A stretch of DNA of 62,662 nucleotides, taken from Gammaproteobacteria bacterium (GTDB lineage: Bacteria; Pseudomonadota; Gammaproteobacteria; PS1; Pseudothioglobaceae). The stretch spans positions 1-62,662 of the forward strand of contig JAPYOZ010000001.1 in NCBI GenBank assembly GCA_029941485.1, in the 5' to 3' direction. This document shows, one piece after another, positions 39,911 through 50,207 of this stretch. A model generated the notes under the pieces. It saw nothing but the letters and a program-made list of their open reading frames with translations, was not told the DNA's origin and ran no database searches. Position 1 is the first letter of the stretch, and each line of letters opens with the position of its first letter. Position numbers and translations under genes: made by a program.

Positions 39911-40996
39911 ATGAAAATCGCCATTAGCGCAGCAGAAACTTCAGGTGATTTGCTTGGCTCTAAGTTAGTTGAATCACTGAAAAAACAAAACCCAGTAATT
40001 GATATTGAAGGCTTATCAGGCGAAAAAATGGTCGCCAGTGGTTGTAAGCAATTGTGGGATCAAAAGTTAGTTAATGTAATGGGGTTTAGCGAAGTTGTGA
40101 AGAAATTGCCTTCACTTATTCGACTTCGAAAAACCATTATTCAATATTTTTCAGACAATAAACCCGATGTATTTATTGGTATAGATGCCCCAGATTTTAA
40201 TTTTGTCATTGAGAAAAAACTCAAAAATAAAGGCGTTAAAACCGTGCATTTTATTTCCCCTTCGGTTTGGGCATGGCGTCAGAATCGAATTAAAAAGATT
40301 AAACAATCAACTGATTTAGTGCTTTGTGTTTTTCCATTTGAAGTTGACTTCTATCAAAATAATAATCAAAGATCTTTGTTTGTAGGGCATCCATTAGCAG
40401 AAAGTTTAACCCCTAGAAAAAATCACGTAGTAGGTAAAAATATTTTACTAATGCCTGGATCACGTGAGGGTGAAGTCAAACTCTTATTGCCAGAAATGTT
40501 ATCAGCCATACGGGTGATGGCTGATAAAGACAGCGAGCTAACCTTCCATTTGGCCTTGGCCAACGATACTTTGCTTGGATGGTCTCAACAGCAAGTACAA
40601 GGTATGACTATTGGTATTTCCATGGGTGATGCACATCAGCGCATGGCACAAGCAGATTTGGTTTTGGTGGCATCGGGAACAGCCACATTAGAGGTGGCAC
40701 TCGTCGGCGTGCCAATGGTGGTTATTTATAAATTATCAGGTTTTAGTTATTTCATTGCTTCTCGCTTGGTTAAAAGTAAGTACGTGTCGCTGCCTAATGT
40801 GATTGCAGACAAATCATTGGTTCCAGAACTGATACAAGAGTACGCTAATGGTGAAAACATTGCACGACATGCCATGAGAATTATCTCGAGCGATAATCGA
40901 ACTTTAATTAAAGAATTTAATGCCATTCATACGCAGTTAAAGCACAATGCTGCCGATGAATCTGCACGTGCAATTATTGAATTCATCAATGAATAG
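39911..40996 (+). CDS. lpxB: lipid-A-disaccharide synthase
   Basis: 'AAETSGDLLG' N-terminus, LpxB-like throughout. Confidence 0.92.
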   Translation: MKIAISAAETSGDLLGSKLVESLKKQNPVIDIEGLSGEKMVASGCKQLWDQKLVNVMGFSEVVKKLPSLIRLRKTIIQYFSDNKPDVFIGIDAPDFNFVIEKKLKNKGVKTVHFISPSVWAWRQNRIKKIKQSTDLVLCVFPFEVDFYQNNNQRSLFVGHPLAESLTPRKNHVVGKNILLMPGSREGEVKLLLPEMLSAIRVMADKDSELTFHLALANDTLLGWSQQQVQGMTIGISMGDAHQRMAQADLVLVASGTATLEVALVGVPMVVIYKLSGFSYFIASRLVKSKYVSLPNVIADKSLVPELIQEYANGENIARHAMRIISSDNRTLIKEFNAIHTQLKHNAADESARAIIEFINE

Positions 40997-41813
40997 CCAA
41001 ATTTCTAAAATTGTCAATCTGGCTCTGGTTGAAGACATAGGCACTGGTGATGTATCCGCTAGTCTGTTGAACGATAAAATTGTGAATGCCAATATAATTT
41101 CCAAAGAACAGGCAGTTGTTTGTGGCATTGAGTATGCTGAGAGTGCTTTTTTATCAATTGATGATTCGCTTGATGTTGTTTGGAAAATTCATGATGGCGA
41201 TAGCGTAGCTGAAAATCAAGTGTTGTGCTCCTTAAAAGGATCGGCACGTTCTATCGTTACGGCTGAGAGGGTGGCGCTTAATTTTTTGCAAACACTGAGC
41301 GCCACGGCAACACAAACTCGCCAGATGGTGGATAAAATTGCCCACACTCAGGCACAATTATTAGACACTAGAAAGACTATTCCTGGTTTGCGTTTGGCAC
41401 AAAAATTTGCGGTTAAATGTGGTGGCGGAGTTAATCATCGATTGGGGCTTTACGATTGTATCATGATTAAAGAGAATCATATTTTGGCAATGGGGTCTAT
41501 CGATTTAGCGGTTAAATCAGCAAAGACGTATTATCCAAAATTACCAATGATTGTTGAAGTGGAAGATTTAGACCAGTTAAATCAAGCGCTATTACTTGAT
41601 GGAATCAAGAGAATTTTATGTGATAATTTTTCAATTGATATGCTTAAGATGGCCGTTAAATCAGCAAAAAACAAAACACCATTAGAAGCCAGTGGTAATA
41701 TTGATGAGAACAACATTGTTGAAGTTGCACAAACGGGTGTTAATTACATTTCGATTGGAGCTATTACTAAGCACATTCGTGCGGTTGACTTTTCTCTAAG
41801 AATTAGTCAATAG
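40989..41813 (+). CDS. nadC: nicotinate-nucleotide diphosphorylase (carboxylating)
   Basis: 'ALVEDIGTGDVSA', 'DTRKTIPGLR', 'LDNF'-type motif. The ATG at 40989 overlaps the lpxB stop. Confidence 0.92.
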   Translation: MNSQISKIVNLALVEDIGTGDVSASLLNDKIVNANIISKEQAVVCGIEYAESAFLSIDDSLDVVWKIHDGDSVAENQVLCSLKGSARSIVTAERVALNFLQTLSATATQTRQMVDKIAHTQAQLLDTRKTIPGLRLAQKFAVKCGGGVNHRLGLYDCIMIKENHILAMGSIDLAVKSAKTYYPKLPMIVEVEDLDQLNQALLLDGIKRILCDNFSIDMLKMAVKSAKNKTPLEASGNIDENNIVEVAQTGVNYISIGAITKHIRAVDFSLRISQ

Positions 41814-42567
41814 AGCCAGAAGCAAAAAATATTGGACTGATTAAATCGTCTTTAGTGTTGTAACGTAGTGGTTTTCCATCTTCGCCTAACACTTGCCCAC
41901 CGGCACCTTCTAGGATGCAAACACCAGCGGCGGTATCCCACTCTGAGCAAGGCCCAAATCTTGGGTAGTAGTCGTAATCTCCTTGTGCGATTCTGCAAAA
42001 TTTTAAAGCACTGCCCATCTGACTTAATTCATAATTTTTTTGCCCTTTTAAATGCTCTTTTAGGCGTTCGTTGTGAGAAGAATGATGCCCAACTAACACT
42101 CTAAGTGGGTCATTCGTTGTTGTGGTTTTTAGTATTTTTTCCACGCCATTTTGCAATCGAAAAGTAACATCATCTTTTGAGGCGTAGTAGTGTATTTTGT
42201 CGAGTGGTGCATAAATCATGCCGAATACTGGTGTGTGTTGTTTAATGTAGGCAATACAAATACAAAATTCGCCCGTGTGCTCTAGAAAATCACGAGTACC
42301 ATCCAATGGGTCTATTAACCAATATTCTTGCCATTTTGAGCGTTCATCGAACGGGATAGCATCGGACTCTTCCGATAGAATTGGTACGCCAGGTGTGAGT
42401 TGTTTTAAACCTTCTACAATTAGTGTGTGTGCGGTTTGATCAGCAATTGTTAATGGTGTTTGGTTGGATTTAATTTCAACACTCATGTCGCTTTTGTAAA
42501 ACGACATAATACGTTCCCCAACCTCGGTAGTGAGTTTAATTAGTGGAGATGTGAGTGAATCAAACAT
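41803..42567 (-). CDS. cysQ: 3'(2'),5'-bisphosphate nucleotidase
   Basis: 'LSEES', 'WLIDPLDGT' and 'WDTAAG' inositol-monophosphatase-family motifs. The start was trimmed so it does not run into the tRNA. Confidence 0.85.
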   Translation of the reverse strand: MFDSLTSPLIKLTTEVGERIMSFYKSDMSVEIKSNQTPLTIADQTAHTLIVEGLKQLTPGVPILSEESDAIPFDERSKWQEYWLIDPLDGTRDFLEHTGEFCICIAYIKQHTPVFGMIYAPLDKIHYYASKDDVTFRLQNGVEKILKTTTTNDPLRVLVGHHSSHNERLKEHLKGQKNYELSQMGSALKFCRIAQGDYDYYPRFGPCSEWDTAAGVCILEGAGGQVLGEDGKPLRYNTKDDLISPIFFASGSID

Positions 42568-42609
42568 TGGTATTATCATACCACTTGGTATACATAATAC
42601 TATTGAAAG

Positions 42610-42686
42610 TGGTGGGCCTACTTGGACTTGAACCAAGGACCAATCGATTATGAGTCGATTGCTCTAACCAGCTGAGCTATAGGCCC
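42610..42686 (-). tRNA. ileX: tRNA-Ile2 (anticodon CAU, lysidine-dependent)
   Basis: Manual cloverleaf of 77 nt with encoded CCA and anticodon loop CTCATAA. The variable and T arms (TTGGTC..TGGTTCAAGTCCA) match my recollection of E. coli ileX better than elongator or initiator Met. Confidence 0.8.
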
Positions 42687-42695
42687 GTAAAGGTT

Positions 42696-44507
42696 TTACT
42701 CTAGGAAGCTTTGCAATTTGTGCGCACGAGACGGGTGTCTTAATTTGCGCAATGCTTTTGCTTCGATTTGACGAATACGCTCACGAGTTACATCAAATTG
42801 ACGACCCACTTCTTCGAGTGTGTGATCGGTGTTCATATCGATACCAAAACGCATTTTTAGTACTTTTGCTTCACGAGGTGAAAGGTTAGACAGTAGCTCG
42901 CCTGTTGTTTCTTTTAAGCTTTCTCTGGTTGTAATTTCTACCGGAGAAGACAAGTTAGTGTCTTCAATAAAGTCACCAATGTTTGAATCTTCATCGTCAC
43001 CTACCGGTGTTTCCATTGATAAAGGCTCTTTAGCAATTTTTAAAATTTTAATAATTTTGTATTCTGGTAATTCCATCTCTACTGCTAACTCTTCAGGCGT
43101 GGCTTCACGGCCAAATTTTTGTAACAGTTGACGGCGAACACGGTTGAGTTTATTAATGGTTTCAATCATATGCACTGGAATACGAATGGTACGTGCTTGA
43201 TCAGCAATAGAGCGTGTAATAGCTTGGCGAATCCACCAAGTTGCATAAGTGGAAAATTTATAACCACGACGATATTCAAATTTATCAACCGCTTTCATCA
43301 GACCAACATTGCCTTCCTGAATCAGGTCTAAGAACTGCAAACCACGATTTGCGTATTTTTTAGCAATTGAGATTACCAAACGTAAGTTTGCCTCAATCAT
43401 TTGAGATTTGGCTATCTTAGCGCGACGATCGCCACGGCGATAAAGCTTATTAAGCGCCTTCAGTTCAGGTACGGTGAGCTGCATTTCATCTTCGTAACCA
43501 AGAAGATTCTTTTGTGCATAATAAATTTCATCTTTGCTAATTTTTAATTTTTCAGCAACTTTCTTGTCTAATTTAGCACCTTTAAGCCAGTCAAAGTTGG
43601 TTTCATTATCAGTGAATAATTTAAAGAATTGCTCTCTTTCCATGCCCGCATAAAGACAAGCCTTTTGAATGGCCTTTTCTTGTTTCTTCATCATTGCAAC
43701 ACGGTCGCAAATTACTTCCATCATTGTGCTGACTAATTTTGGTGCTAGTCGAAGATCGGACAATCCCTTGGATAATTGTTGGCGTGCAGAGATTGTTTTT
43801 TTATTGCGGAAGCCGTGCTTTTCGTTGGTTTTTTGGTAGGCTCCAGAGCATTTTAGTACGGTCTCAAAGCGTCCATACACTTGGGCTTCATCTGGGCCTG
43901 TGTATTCCATCTCTTCCATTTCTTCATATTCTTCATCGTCGTCAAACTCACCTGCATCAAAAGCGGCTTTTTTCTTTGCAAAGTCTTCGGCATCACCTTG
44001 ATAACCAATAATCACATCAGTCATCTTACATTTACCCTCTTCAAGGCGAGTGTGTGCTTTAAAAAAGAAATCGGTAATCGCAGGATAGAGTGTAATGGCC
44101 TGCATAATTTCAAACACACCGGCTTCAATTTCTTTAGCGATTCGAACTTCATCCGATTGTTCTAGAAGATCAACCACACCCATTTCACGCATGTACATTC
44201 TGACTGGATCGGTGGTTCTGCCAAATTCTGAATCCAATGCTGCCAGTGCGGCGATTGCTGCTTCAGCAGAAGTTGATTGTGCCTTAGCACCCGATTCAAC
44301 AACCAAAGTATCTGCATCTGGTACGGTGTCAGAAACGGCGATGTCCAATTCTTCTAGGATGGTAACAATAGGTTCTACTTGTTCTTGCGTCAGTAAATCT
44401 TCTGGCAAGATGTCATTGATTTCAGCATAGGTTAAGTAACCTTGCTCTTTACCAATCATGATGAGTTTTTGTAGTGCTTGCTTGTGTGCTTTAGTGGTAG
44501 TTTTCAT
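42696..44507 (-). CDS. rpoD: RNA polymerase sigma factor RpoD (sigma-70)
   Basis: Regions 1.1 to 4.2 are all recognisable (e.g. '[19 protein letters not shown]', '[20 protein letters not shown]'). Confidence 0.97.
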   Translation of the reverse strand: MKTTTKAHKQALQKLIMIGKEQGYLTYAEINDILPEDLLTQEQVEPIVTILEELDIAVSDTVPDADTLVVESGAKAQSTSAEAAIAALAALDSEFGRTTDPVRMYMREMGVVDLLEQSDEVRIAKEIEAGVFEIMQAITLYPAITDFFFKAHTRLEEGKCKMTDVIIGYQGDAEDFAKKKAAFDAGEFDDDEEYEEMEEMEYTGPDEAQVYGRFETVLKCSGAYQKTNEKHGFRNKKTISARQQLSKGLSDLRLAPKLVSTMMEVICDRVAMMKKQEKAIQKACLYAGMEREQFFKLFTDNETNFDWLKGAKLDKKVAEKLKISKDEIYYAQKNLLGYEDEMQLTVPELKALNKLYRRGDRRAKIAKSQMIEANLRLVISIAKKYANRGLQFLDLIQEGNVGLMKAVDKFEYRRGYKFSTYATWWIRQAITRSIADQARTIRIPVHMIETINKLNRVRRQLLQKFGREATPEELAVEMELPEYKIIKILKIAKEPLSMETPVGDDEDSNIGDFIEDTNLSSPVEITTRESLKETTGELLSNLSPREAKVLKMRFGIDMNTDHTLEEVGRQFDVTRERIRQIEAKALRKLRHPSRAHKLQSFLE

Positions 44508-44536
44508 GCGATGCAGTTTGATGAGCCAAAGAAAGG

Positions 44537-44544
44537 ATTATACA
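44537..44544 (-). promoter_or_regulatory. candidate -10 region (TGTATAAT on the minus strand) for rpoD
   Basis: Reverse complement of ATTATACA, about 30 nt upstream of the rpoD ATG. Confidence 0.45.
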
Positions 44545-44586
44545 TATTTTTTTATCTAAAAATCATAGCCTTGAGTAGTTTATTAG

Positions 44587-45549
44587 CTATTTACTGTCTG
44601 TAAAAATAGTGCTAATGGACTCCTCTTCACTGATGCGTTTAATCACCTCTGCTAACGTTGGTGCAATGGACAGCTGTCTAATTTTTGAGCATTGAGGTGC
44701 ACCATCACCAAGTGGTATGGTGTTAGTGGTTACTAATTCATCCAGTTCAGAATTGGTAATGTTATCAATGGCATTGCCAGAAAGTACAGCATGGGTTGCA
44801 TACGCAACCACTTTTTTAGCGCCTTTTTCTTTTAAGATGGCAGCAGCTTGGCAAAGTGTGCCAGCGGTGTCAACCATGTCATCAATAATAATACAAGTAC
44901 GACCATCCACATCACCAATCACATTCATGATTTTAACCATGTTGGGCGCAGGTCGGCGTTTATCAATAATCGCAAGATCGGCGTCATTGATTCGTTTGGC
45001 GGCAGCACGCGCACGTATCACACCACCCACATCAGGGGATACAACAATAACGTCTTTATAATTTTTAGATAGTATGTCTGCTACCAATACTGGTTGAGCG
45101 TAAATATTATCAATCGGAATATTGAAAAATCCTTGAATTTGATCGGCGTGTAAATCCACCGTGAGGATTCGATCAACACCTGCTGATTCCACCATTTTAG
45201 CGGCAAGCTTTGCTGTGATCGGCACACGAGTAAGGCGTGAACGACGGTCTTGTCTTGAATAACCAAAATAAGGCACCACAGCCGTAATACGAGCCGCTGA
45301 TGAGCGTTTTAATGCATCAACCATGACTAAGAGTTCCATTAACGTCTCGGCAGGTGATGGCCCGCAAGTTGGTTGAATGATAAACACATCACAACCACGT
45401 ACATTTTCCAAAATCTCAACTTGAGATTCACCATCACTAAACTGCCCAACCAAGGCCTTGCCTTGAGTAATGTTGAGTTGAGAAATAATTTCGCCAGAAA
45501 GCTGTGGGTTAGCGTTACCGCTAAAAATTTTAATTTTGTCGAGTGACAT
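44587..45549 (-). CDS. prs: ribose-phosphate pyrophosphokinase
   Basis: PRPP-binding '[12 protein letters not shown]', full-length Prs. Confidence 0.96.
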   Translation of the reverse strand: MSLDKIKIFSGNANPQLSGEIISQLNITQGKALVGQFSDGESQVEILENVRGCDVFIIQPTCGPSPAETLMELLVMVDALKRSSAARITAVVPYFGYSRQDRRSRLTRVPITAKLAAKMVESAGVDRILTVDLHADQIQGFFNIPIDNIYAQPVLVADILSKNYKDVIVVSPDVGGVIRARAAAKRINDADLAIIDKRRPAPNMVKIMNVIGDVDGRTCIIIDDMVDTAGTLCQAAAILKEKGAKKVVAYATHAVLSGNAIDNITNSELDELVTTNTIPLGDGAPQCSKIRQLSIAPTLAEVIKRISEEESISTIFTDSK

Positions 45550-45580
45550 AGATATTAGTAATGACCATTAAAGTGCTTGA

Positions 45581-45586
45581 ATTATA
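45581..45586 (-). promoter_or_regulatory. candidate -10 hexamer (TATAAT on the minus strand) for prs
   Basis: Reverse complement of ATTATA, about 32 nt upstream of the prs ATG. Confidence 0.45.
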
Positions 45587-45728
45587 CTACGATAGCAAAA
45601 TAGATTTGTTAAATACTTTTTGTATCTTTATTTAGCCATTGTTAAAATTTCCAAATTTTTTATTTTTAGAGCGAGCAAAGTCCGTTCTAAGTCCAGCACA
45701 GTACAAGGAAAAAAGACGAAGCAGAAAA

Positions 45729-45803
45729 TGGCTGGGCTGGCAGGATTTGAACCTGCGCATGACGGGATCAAAACCCGTTGCCTTACCGCTTGGCGACAGC
45801 CCA
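45729..45803 (-). tRNA. tRNA-Gln (anticodon UUG)
   Basis: Manual cloverleaf of 75 nt with encoded CCA and anticodon loop TTTTGAT. Close to my recollection of E. coli tRNA-Gln. Confidence 0.9.
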
Positions 45804-45819
45804 TTAAAGTGTTTAACCG

Positions 45820-46659
45820 TTAGGTTAAAGCTGGAGAGGTATTGAGCGCTTGCGCTACAAAGCCTGACCATTGTTTTGGTAGATTGTCGAGTGCTACCAA
45901 AGCATCTTTCTCATGTTTAAACTCCACAAAAACACAGCTTCCTGTGCCGGTCATTCTTGGCTGATATAGATAATTCTTGGCTGATTTCAAATGTGTTAGC
46001 ACTTCTGAAATTTCGCCCTCTAAATCTATGGCCGCCTCAAGACAATCATTGTGTGGATTGATTAACTCTGAGAAGTCGGACATTTTCCCTATCTGTGAGG
46101 TCATTGTCAATGCTTTGTGAGAGAATATTTCTTTGGTCGAGATATGTTTGTTGATTGAAACGACCAAAAAATAGTGTTTTGGTAGGTTCATGGGTGTGAG
46201 TATTTCCCCTACACCTTCGGCCCAAGCACTATGTCCGGCAATAAAAATAGGCACATCAGCACCCAATTTTAAGCCGATTGTTGATAATTGTTGCTTTGAA
46301 AAATTAGCATCCCATAATTGGTTAAGTGCAATCAATGTGGTGGCGGCATTAGAACTGCCACCGCCCAACCCACCACCGGCAGGAATGCGTTTAACCACAG
46401 AAATATCAGCACCAAGCTTTGTACCGGTTGCTTGTTGTAGCGCTTTGGCTGCTCTGATAATTAGGTCTTGATCTTGGGGTATGCTTTCATTGCCACTTGT
46501 TCGTGTAATGACACTATCTTGTCTAATATCAAAACTTAATTCGTCGCAATAATCCAGTAATTGGAAAATGCTTTGTAGGTTGTGATAACCGTCTTTTCGT
46601 TTGGAATTGATGTGCAAAAATAGGTTAATTTTTGCAGGCGATAGCCAAATATTAGGCAT
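45820..46659 (-). CDS. ispE: 4-(cytidine 5'-diphospho)-2-C-methyl-D-erythritol kinase
   Basis: '[10 protein letters not shown]', GHMP kinase motif '[15 protein letters not shown]'. The ATG at 46659 overlaps the orn stop. Confidence 0.92.
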   Translation of the reverse strand: MPNIWLSPAKINLFLHINSKRKDGYHNLQSIFQLLDYCDELSFDIRQDSVITRTSGNESIPQDQDLIIRAAKALQQATGTKLGADISVVKRIPAGGGLGGGSSNAATTLIALNQLWDANFSKQQLSTIGLKLGADVPIFIAGHSAWAEGVGEILTPMNLPKHYFLVVSINKHISTKEIFSHKALTMTSQIGKMSDFSELINPHNDCLEAAIDLEGEISEVLTHLKSAKNYLYQPRMTGTGSCVFVEFKHEKDALVALDNLPKQWSGFVAQALNTSPALT

Positions 46660-47194
46660 TAATGAACGTTTTTCGGTAGTGCTTGAGTTCGTTAATCGAA
46701 TCGTAAACATCACTTAATGCAAGGTGCGCTGATTTTTTAGTAAGTTGCGCCCCGGCTTCTGGCTTCCAGCGATCAATCAATTCTTTCAATGTGGTTACGT
46801 CAATGTGTCGATAGTGGAAGAATTTTTCCAGTGTTGGCATGTAGTTGTATAAAAAACGCCTGTCTTGACAGATGGTGTTGCCACACATTGGAGAGGCTCC
46901 AGTATTAACGTATTTTTCCAAAAATTCAATCGTTTGAATTTCCGCCTGTTTTGTTGAGATATCACTTTCTTTAATGCGTTTGACTAGGCCAGAGTTGGTG
47001 TGGTGTTCGGTGTTCCATTTGTCCATGCCTGCCAATAATTCACTGCTTTGATGAATGGCAAGTGACGGGCCTTCGGCCAGAACATTGAGGTCCTTATCAG
47101 TTACAACGGTTGCAATCTCAATGATGACGTCTTTTTCAGGCACGAGACCCGTCATTTCAAGGTCAATCCAAATTAAGTTGGTGTCTTTATTCAT
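46652..47194 (-). CDS. orn: oligoribonuclease
   Basis: '[11 protein letters not shown]' DEDDh exonuclease, 180 aa. Confidence 0.94.
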   Translation of the reverse strand: MNKDTNLIWIDLEMTGLVPEKDVIIEIATVVTDKDLNVLAEGPSLAIHQSSELLAGMDKWNTEHHTNSGLVKRIKESDISTKQAEIQTIEFLEKYVNTGASPMCGNTICQDRRFLYNYMPTLEKFFHYRHIDVTTLKELIDRWKPEAGAQLTKKSAHLALSDVYDSINELKHYRKTFINA

Positions 47195-47216
47195 AGTTTT
47201 TTAAAAAATAGTTTAA

Positions 47217-48236
47217 TTAACAACCCGTGCTTTCCTTAACAAAGTCATCCAATTTTTGGTGAGCCGTGCCATTGTTTAAAATTTTGAGGGCCTTATCAAC
47301 GCCAGATTGCAGTGAGTCAGCAAGCCCAGCAACATAAATGGCTGCGCCAGAGTTAAGGGCGATAATGTTTTTAGCGGCACCTTCTTTGCCGTCTAATGCC
47401 TGTTGAATGAGTAGTAATGAATCCTCAGCATCGTCAGCCTTAATATCGTTTAGATCACCTAGAGGCAGACCTAGTTCGGCAGGATTGATAGTGTAAGTGC
47501 TGACTTGGTTGTCTTTTAGTTCGGCCACGAAAGTGTCGTCCGCAATGGATATTTCATCCAGCCCATCCTTAGAGTGCACTACCATGACGTGTTTAGAGCC
47601 TAAACCTTTAAGCACATTGGCAATCGGTTCGACCAACGATTGACTGTAAACGCCCAAGATTTGATTGGGCGCCTTTGCAGGATTGGTGAGCGGACCCAAA
47701 ACATTAAAAATGGTTCTAACGGCCAGTTCTTTGCGTGGACCAATGGCGTGCTTCATTGCGCTATGATGGGCTGGAGCAAACATAAAACCGATGCCAATTT
47801 TTTCTACACATTTTCCAATTTTTTCAGGGCTCATGCTGAGGTTGACACCCGCCGCTTCTAAGACATCAGCACTGCCTGATTTTGAAGAGATGGAGCGATT
47901 ACCGTGTTTGGCAACTTGACCACCCGCTGCTGCTACGACAAACGTACAAGCCGTTGAGATATTAAACAAGCCTAATCCATCGCCACCTGTTCCACAAGTA
48001 TCTACTAAGTGTTTGGGGTGGTGAATCTGTACTCCGGTTGCCAAAGAGCGCATGACTTTAGCGGCTGCTGTAATTTCTTCAACGCTTTCGCCTTTCATGG
48101 ACAGACCTACTAAAAAACCACCAATTTGTGCATCGGTTGTTTTACCGGTCATGATGTCGCTCATCACGGCGTGCATTTCATTTTCACTCAAATCTTGTTT
48201 GTTGATTACTGCTTTAATTGCTTGTTGTATGTTCAT
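47217..48236 (-). CDS. trpD: anthranilate phosphoribosyltransferase
   Basis: 'DTCGTGGDG' and 'KHGNRSISSKSGSADVLE' motifs. Confidence 0.95.
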   Translation of the reverse strand: MNIQQAIKAVINKQDLSENEMHAVMSDIMTGKTTDAQIGGFLVGLSMKGESVEEITAAAKVMRSLATGVQIHHPKHLVDTCGTGGDGLGLFNISTACTFVVAAAGGQVAKHGNRSISSKSGSADVLEAAGVNLSMSPEKIGKCVEKIGIGFMFAPAHHSAMKHAIGPRKELAVRTIFNVLGPLTNPAKAPNQILGVYSQSLVEPIANVLKGLGSKHVMVVHSKDGLDEISIADDTFVAELKDNQVSTYTINPAELGLPLGDLNDIKADDAEDSLLLIQQALDGKEGAAKNIIALNSGAAIYVAGLADSLQSGVDKALKILNNGTAHQKLDDFVKESTGC

Positions 48237-49456
48237 TTCTCTCTCATTAATAATTCTATATCGTCAATTTCTTTGACCAATGCTTGGGTTAATACTCTGT
48301 TTCCAGTTTTGGTGACTAAAACATCGTCTTCAATTCTGATGCCAATATTCCAGTAAACGGGGTTAATTTTATCACTCTTACGAATGTAAATGCCCGGTTC
48401 AACGGTAGTTACCATGCCGATTTTAAATTCTCGATGACTGCCGGCTTGTTTGTACTCTCCAACGTCGTGCACATCAAGGCCTAACCAGTGCCCAGTACCG
48501 TGCATGTAAAATTCTGATAATTCTTTGCCTTCTTTTAGTAATCCTAGCTTGATCAGCCCTTTTCTAATGACGTCACTGGCAATTTGATGGGGTTTGGAAA
48601 CGACCTCGCCTGGTTTGATGCTTTTGATGGCACGCAGTTGAGCGTCTAGTACGAGTTGGTAAATTTGTTTTTGCGCATCAGAGAATTGACCGCTGATAGG
48701 GAAAGTACGAGTAATGTCCGATGCGTAACCTTGCATTTCGCAACCCGCATCAATGAGTAGCAACTCACCTTTTTTTAAAGGCTTATTATTTTCAATGTAG
48801 TGCAAAACACAGGCATTTTCACCACCAGCGACAATCGGTGTGTAAGCATGCTCTGCATTATTTTTTCTAAACTCGGCATCAAAGACACTCGCCACTTCAA
48901 ATTCAAACAAACCTATGTGTGTTTTCTGCATGGCTAATTGATGTGCATTGGCAGAAATATTGGCTGCTTTTTGCATGAGCTCGATTTCTCCATCATCCTT
49001 GATTAAACGCATTTCATGTACGTAAGTAGCGAGTGATTGGTATTGGGTTTTGGCCAGGTGTGTGATGATTTCATCGTCCAAAGTACAAGGCTTAAAATCA
49101 TAATATAAGTCAGTAGCATTGGCGATTAATTTTGGTAATTGTGTTTTTAACTCATCAATAGAATAAGCTTCATCTGCCTTTAATACTTGTGGTGCATCCG
49201 ATACCCCCAGGCGTTTACCGTCCCAAATTTCACGCGCTGGATCTTTGTCTCTTAAGAAAATAGTGTAGGTGTCTTTTGAAAAAACCGAGACCGCTTGTGG
49301 CTCGGTAAAACCAGTCAAATACCAAAAATCACTGTGTGGGCGAAAAGGATAATGTACATCGCCATTACGCAGTTGTTCTGGGTTGGTGCTGATGATAACC
49401 AAGGCACCCTCATCGAGCTGGCTTAGTAATTTTTTTCTTCTTTTTTGATGTATCAT
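48233..49456 (-). CDS. pepP: Xaa-Pro aminopeptidase
   Basis: M24B metal ligands ('DAGCE..GYASDITRT', 'HGTGHWLGLDVHD', 'EPG', 'RIEDD'). Confidence 0.9.
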   Translation of the reverse strand: MIHQKRRKKLLSQLDEGALVIISTNPEQLRNGDVHYPFRPHSDFWYLTGFTEPQAVSVFSKDTYTIFLRDKDPAREIWDGKRLGVSDAPQVLKADEAYSIDELKTQLPKLIANATDLYYDFKPCTLDDEIITHLAKTQYQSLATYVHEMRLIKDDGEIELMQKAANISANAHQLAMQKTHIGLFEFEVASVFDAEFRKNNAEHAYTPIVAGGENACVLHYIENNKPLKKGELLLIDAGCEMQGYASDITRTFPISGQFSDAQKQIYQLVLDAQLRAIKSIKPGEVVSKPHQIASDVIRKGLIKLGLLKEGKELSEFYMHGTGHWLGLDVHDVGEYKQAGSHREFKIGMVTTVEPGIYIRKSDKINPVYWNIGIRIEDDVLVTKTGNRVLTQALVKEIDDIELLMREK

Positions 49457-49490
49457 TATTTCAAGTCACACAGTGCCTGATTAAGATACC

Positions 49491-50207
49491 ATGAAACACG
49501 TTCGTTTGTACCAAAATACCTCTTTGAAAATTGAGAATGAATTAACCTTGGATGAGTATGGTTCGCATCACCTAATTAAAGTATTGCGCTTTTCTCAAGG
49601 AAAAAGCATAACCTTGTTTAATGGTGATGGCTTTAATTACATTGCTGAAGTGTTGAGTAGCAAAAAAATATGTGAAGTACTGATACACTCTAAAGAGAAA
49701 AATTTATCCGAGTCAAAACTCAATTTAACTCTAGCGCAGGGCATTGCTAAAGGTGAAAAGATGGATTTTTTAATTCAAAAAGCCATTGAGCTTGGTGTGA
49801 ATAAAATTGTACCCATCATGAGTGAACGTTGTGTAGTTAAGCTCAAGGGCGAAAAGCTAACTAGGCGTCAATTGCACTGGCAAAGAATTGTCATTGGCGC
49901 GTGCGAACAGTCTGGGAGATCGGTCGTTCCAAGTGTTGAAATACCAATAACGTTGAATGAACTTCTAAATCAGCAAACTAACAATGGTTTTATTCTGCAT
50001 CACCGCTCAAAACAGACGCTATTGCAAGCCGACCCTTTGAGTGAGGCAACAATTCTAATAGGCCCAGAGGGTGGTTTGAGTGAGGTAGAAATCACCCAAG
50101 CGACTCAAGTAGGATATCAGTCGTTGTTGTTGGGTTCGCGCGTACTAAGAACCGAAACAGCGTCTTTAGTTGCGATTGCCAATATGCAATTATTGTGGGG
50201 CAATTAG
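49491..50207 (+). CDS. rsmE: 16S rRNA (uracil1498-N3)-methyltransferase
   Basis: RsmE pattern, C-terminal 'GPEGGLSEVE...LG.R.LRTETA'. Confidence 0.9.
   Translation: MKHVRLYQNTSLKIENELTLDEYGSHHLIKVLRFSQGKSITLFNGDGFNYIAEVLSSKKICEVLIHSKEKNLSESKLNLTLAQGIAKGEKMDFLIQKAIELGVNKIVPIMSERCVVKLKGEKLTRRQLHWQRIVIGACEQSGRSVVPSVEIPITLNELLNQQTNNGFILHHRSKQTLLQADPLSEATILIGPEGGLSEVEITQATQVGYQSLLLGSRVLRTETASLVAIANMQLLWGN

Noticed and set aside
42568-42636. N-terminal extension of the cysQ ORF (MVQVQVGPPLS...)
   Set aside because: The extension is translated from the reverse complement of the tRNA-Ile2 gene. The CysQ-like sequence begins at the Met at 42567 (or 42579).
42829-44430. Series of 67-111-aa plus-strand ORFs
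   Set aside because: All are antisense to rpoD and reflect its codon composition.
45550-45728. 179-bp gap between tRNA-Gln and prs, considered for a small RNA
   Set aside because: It contains a good prs -10 element and AT-rich spacer only. No stable stem-loops.
45620-45871. Three 67-79-aa ORFs on both strands
   Set aside because: They run through the tRNA-Gln gene and the prs upstream region. The tRNA cloverleaf explains the conservation.
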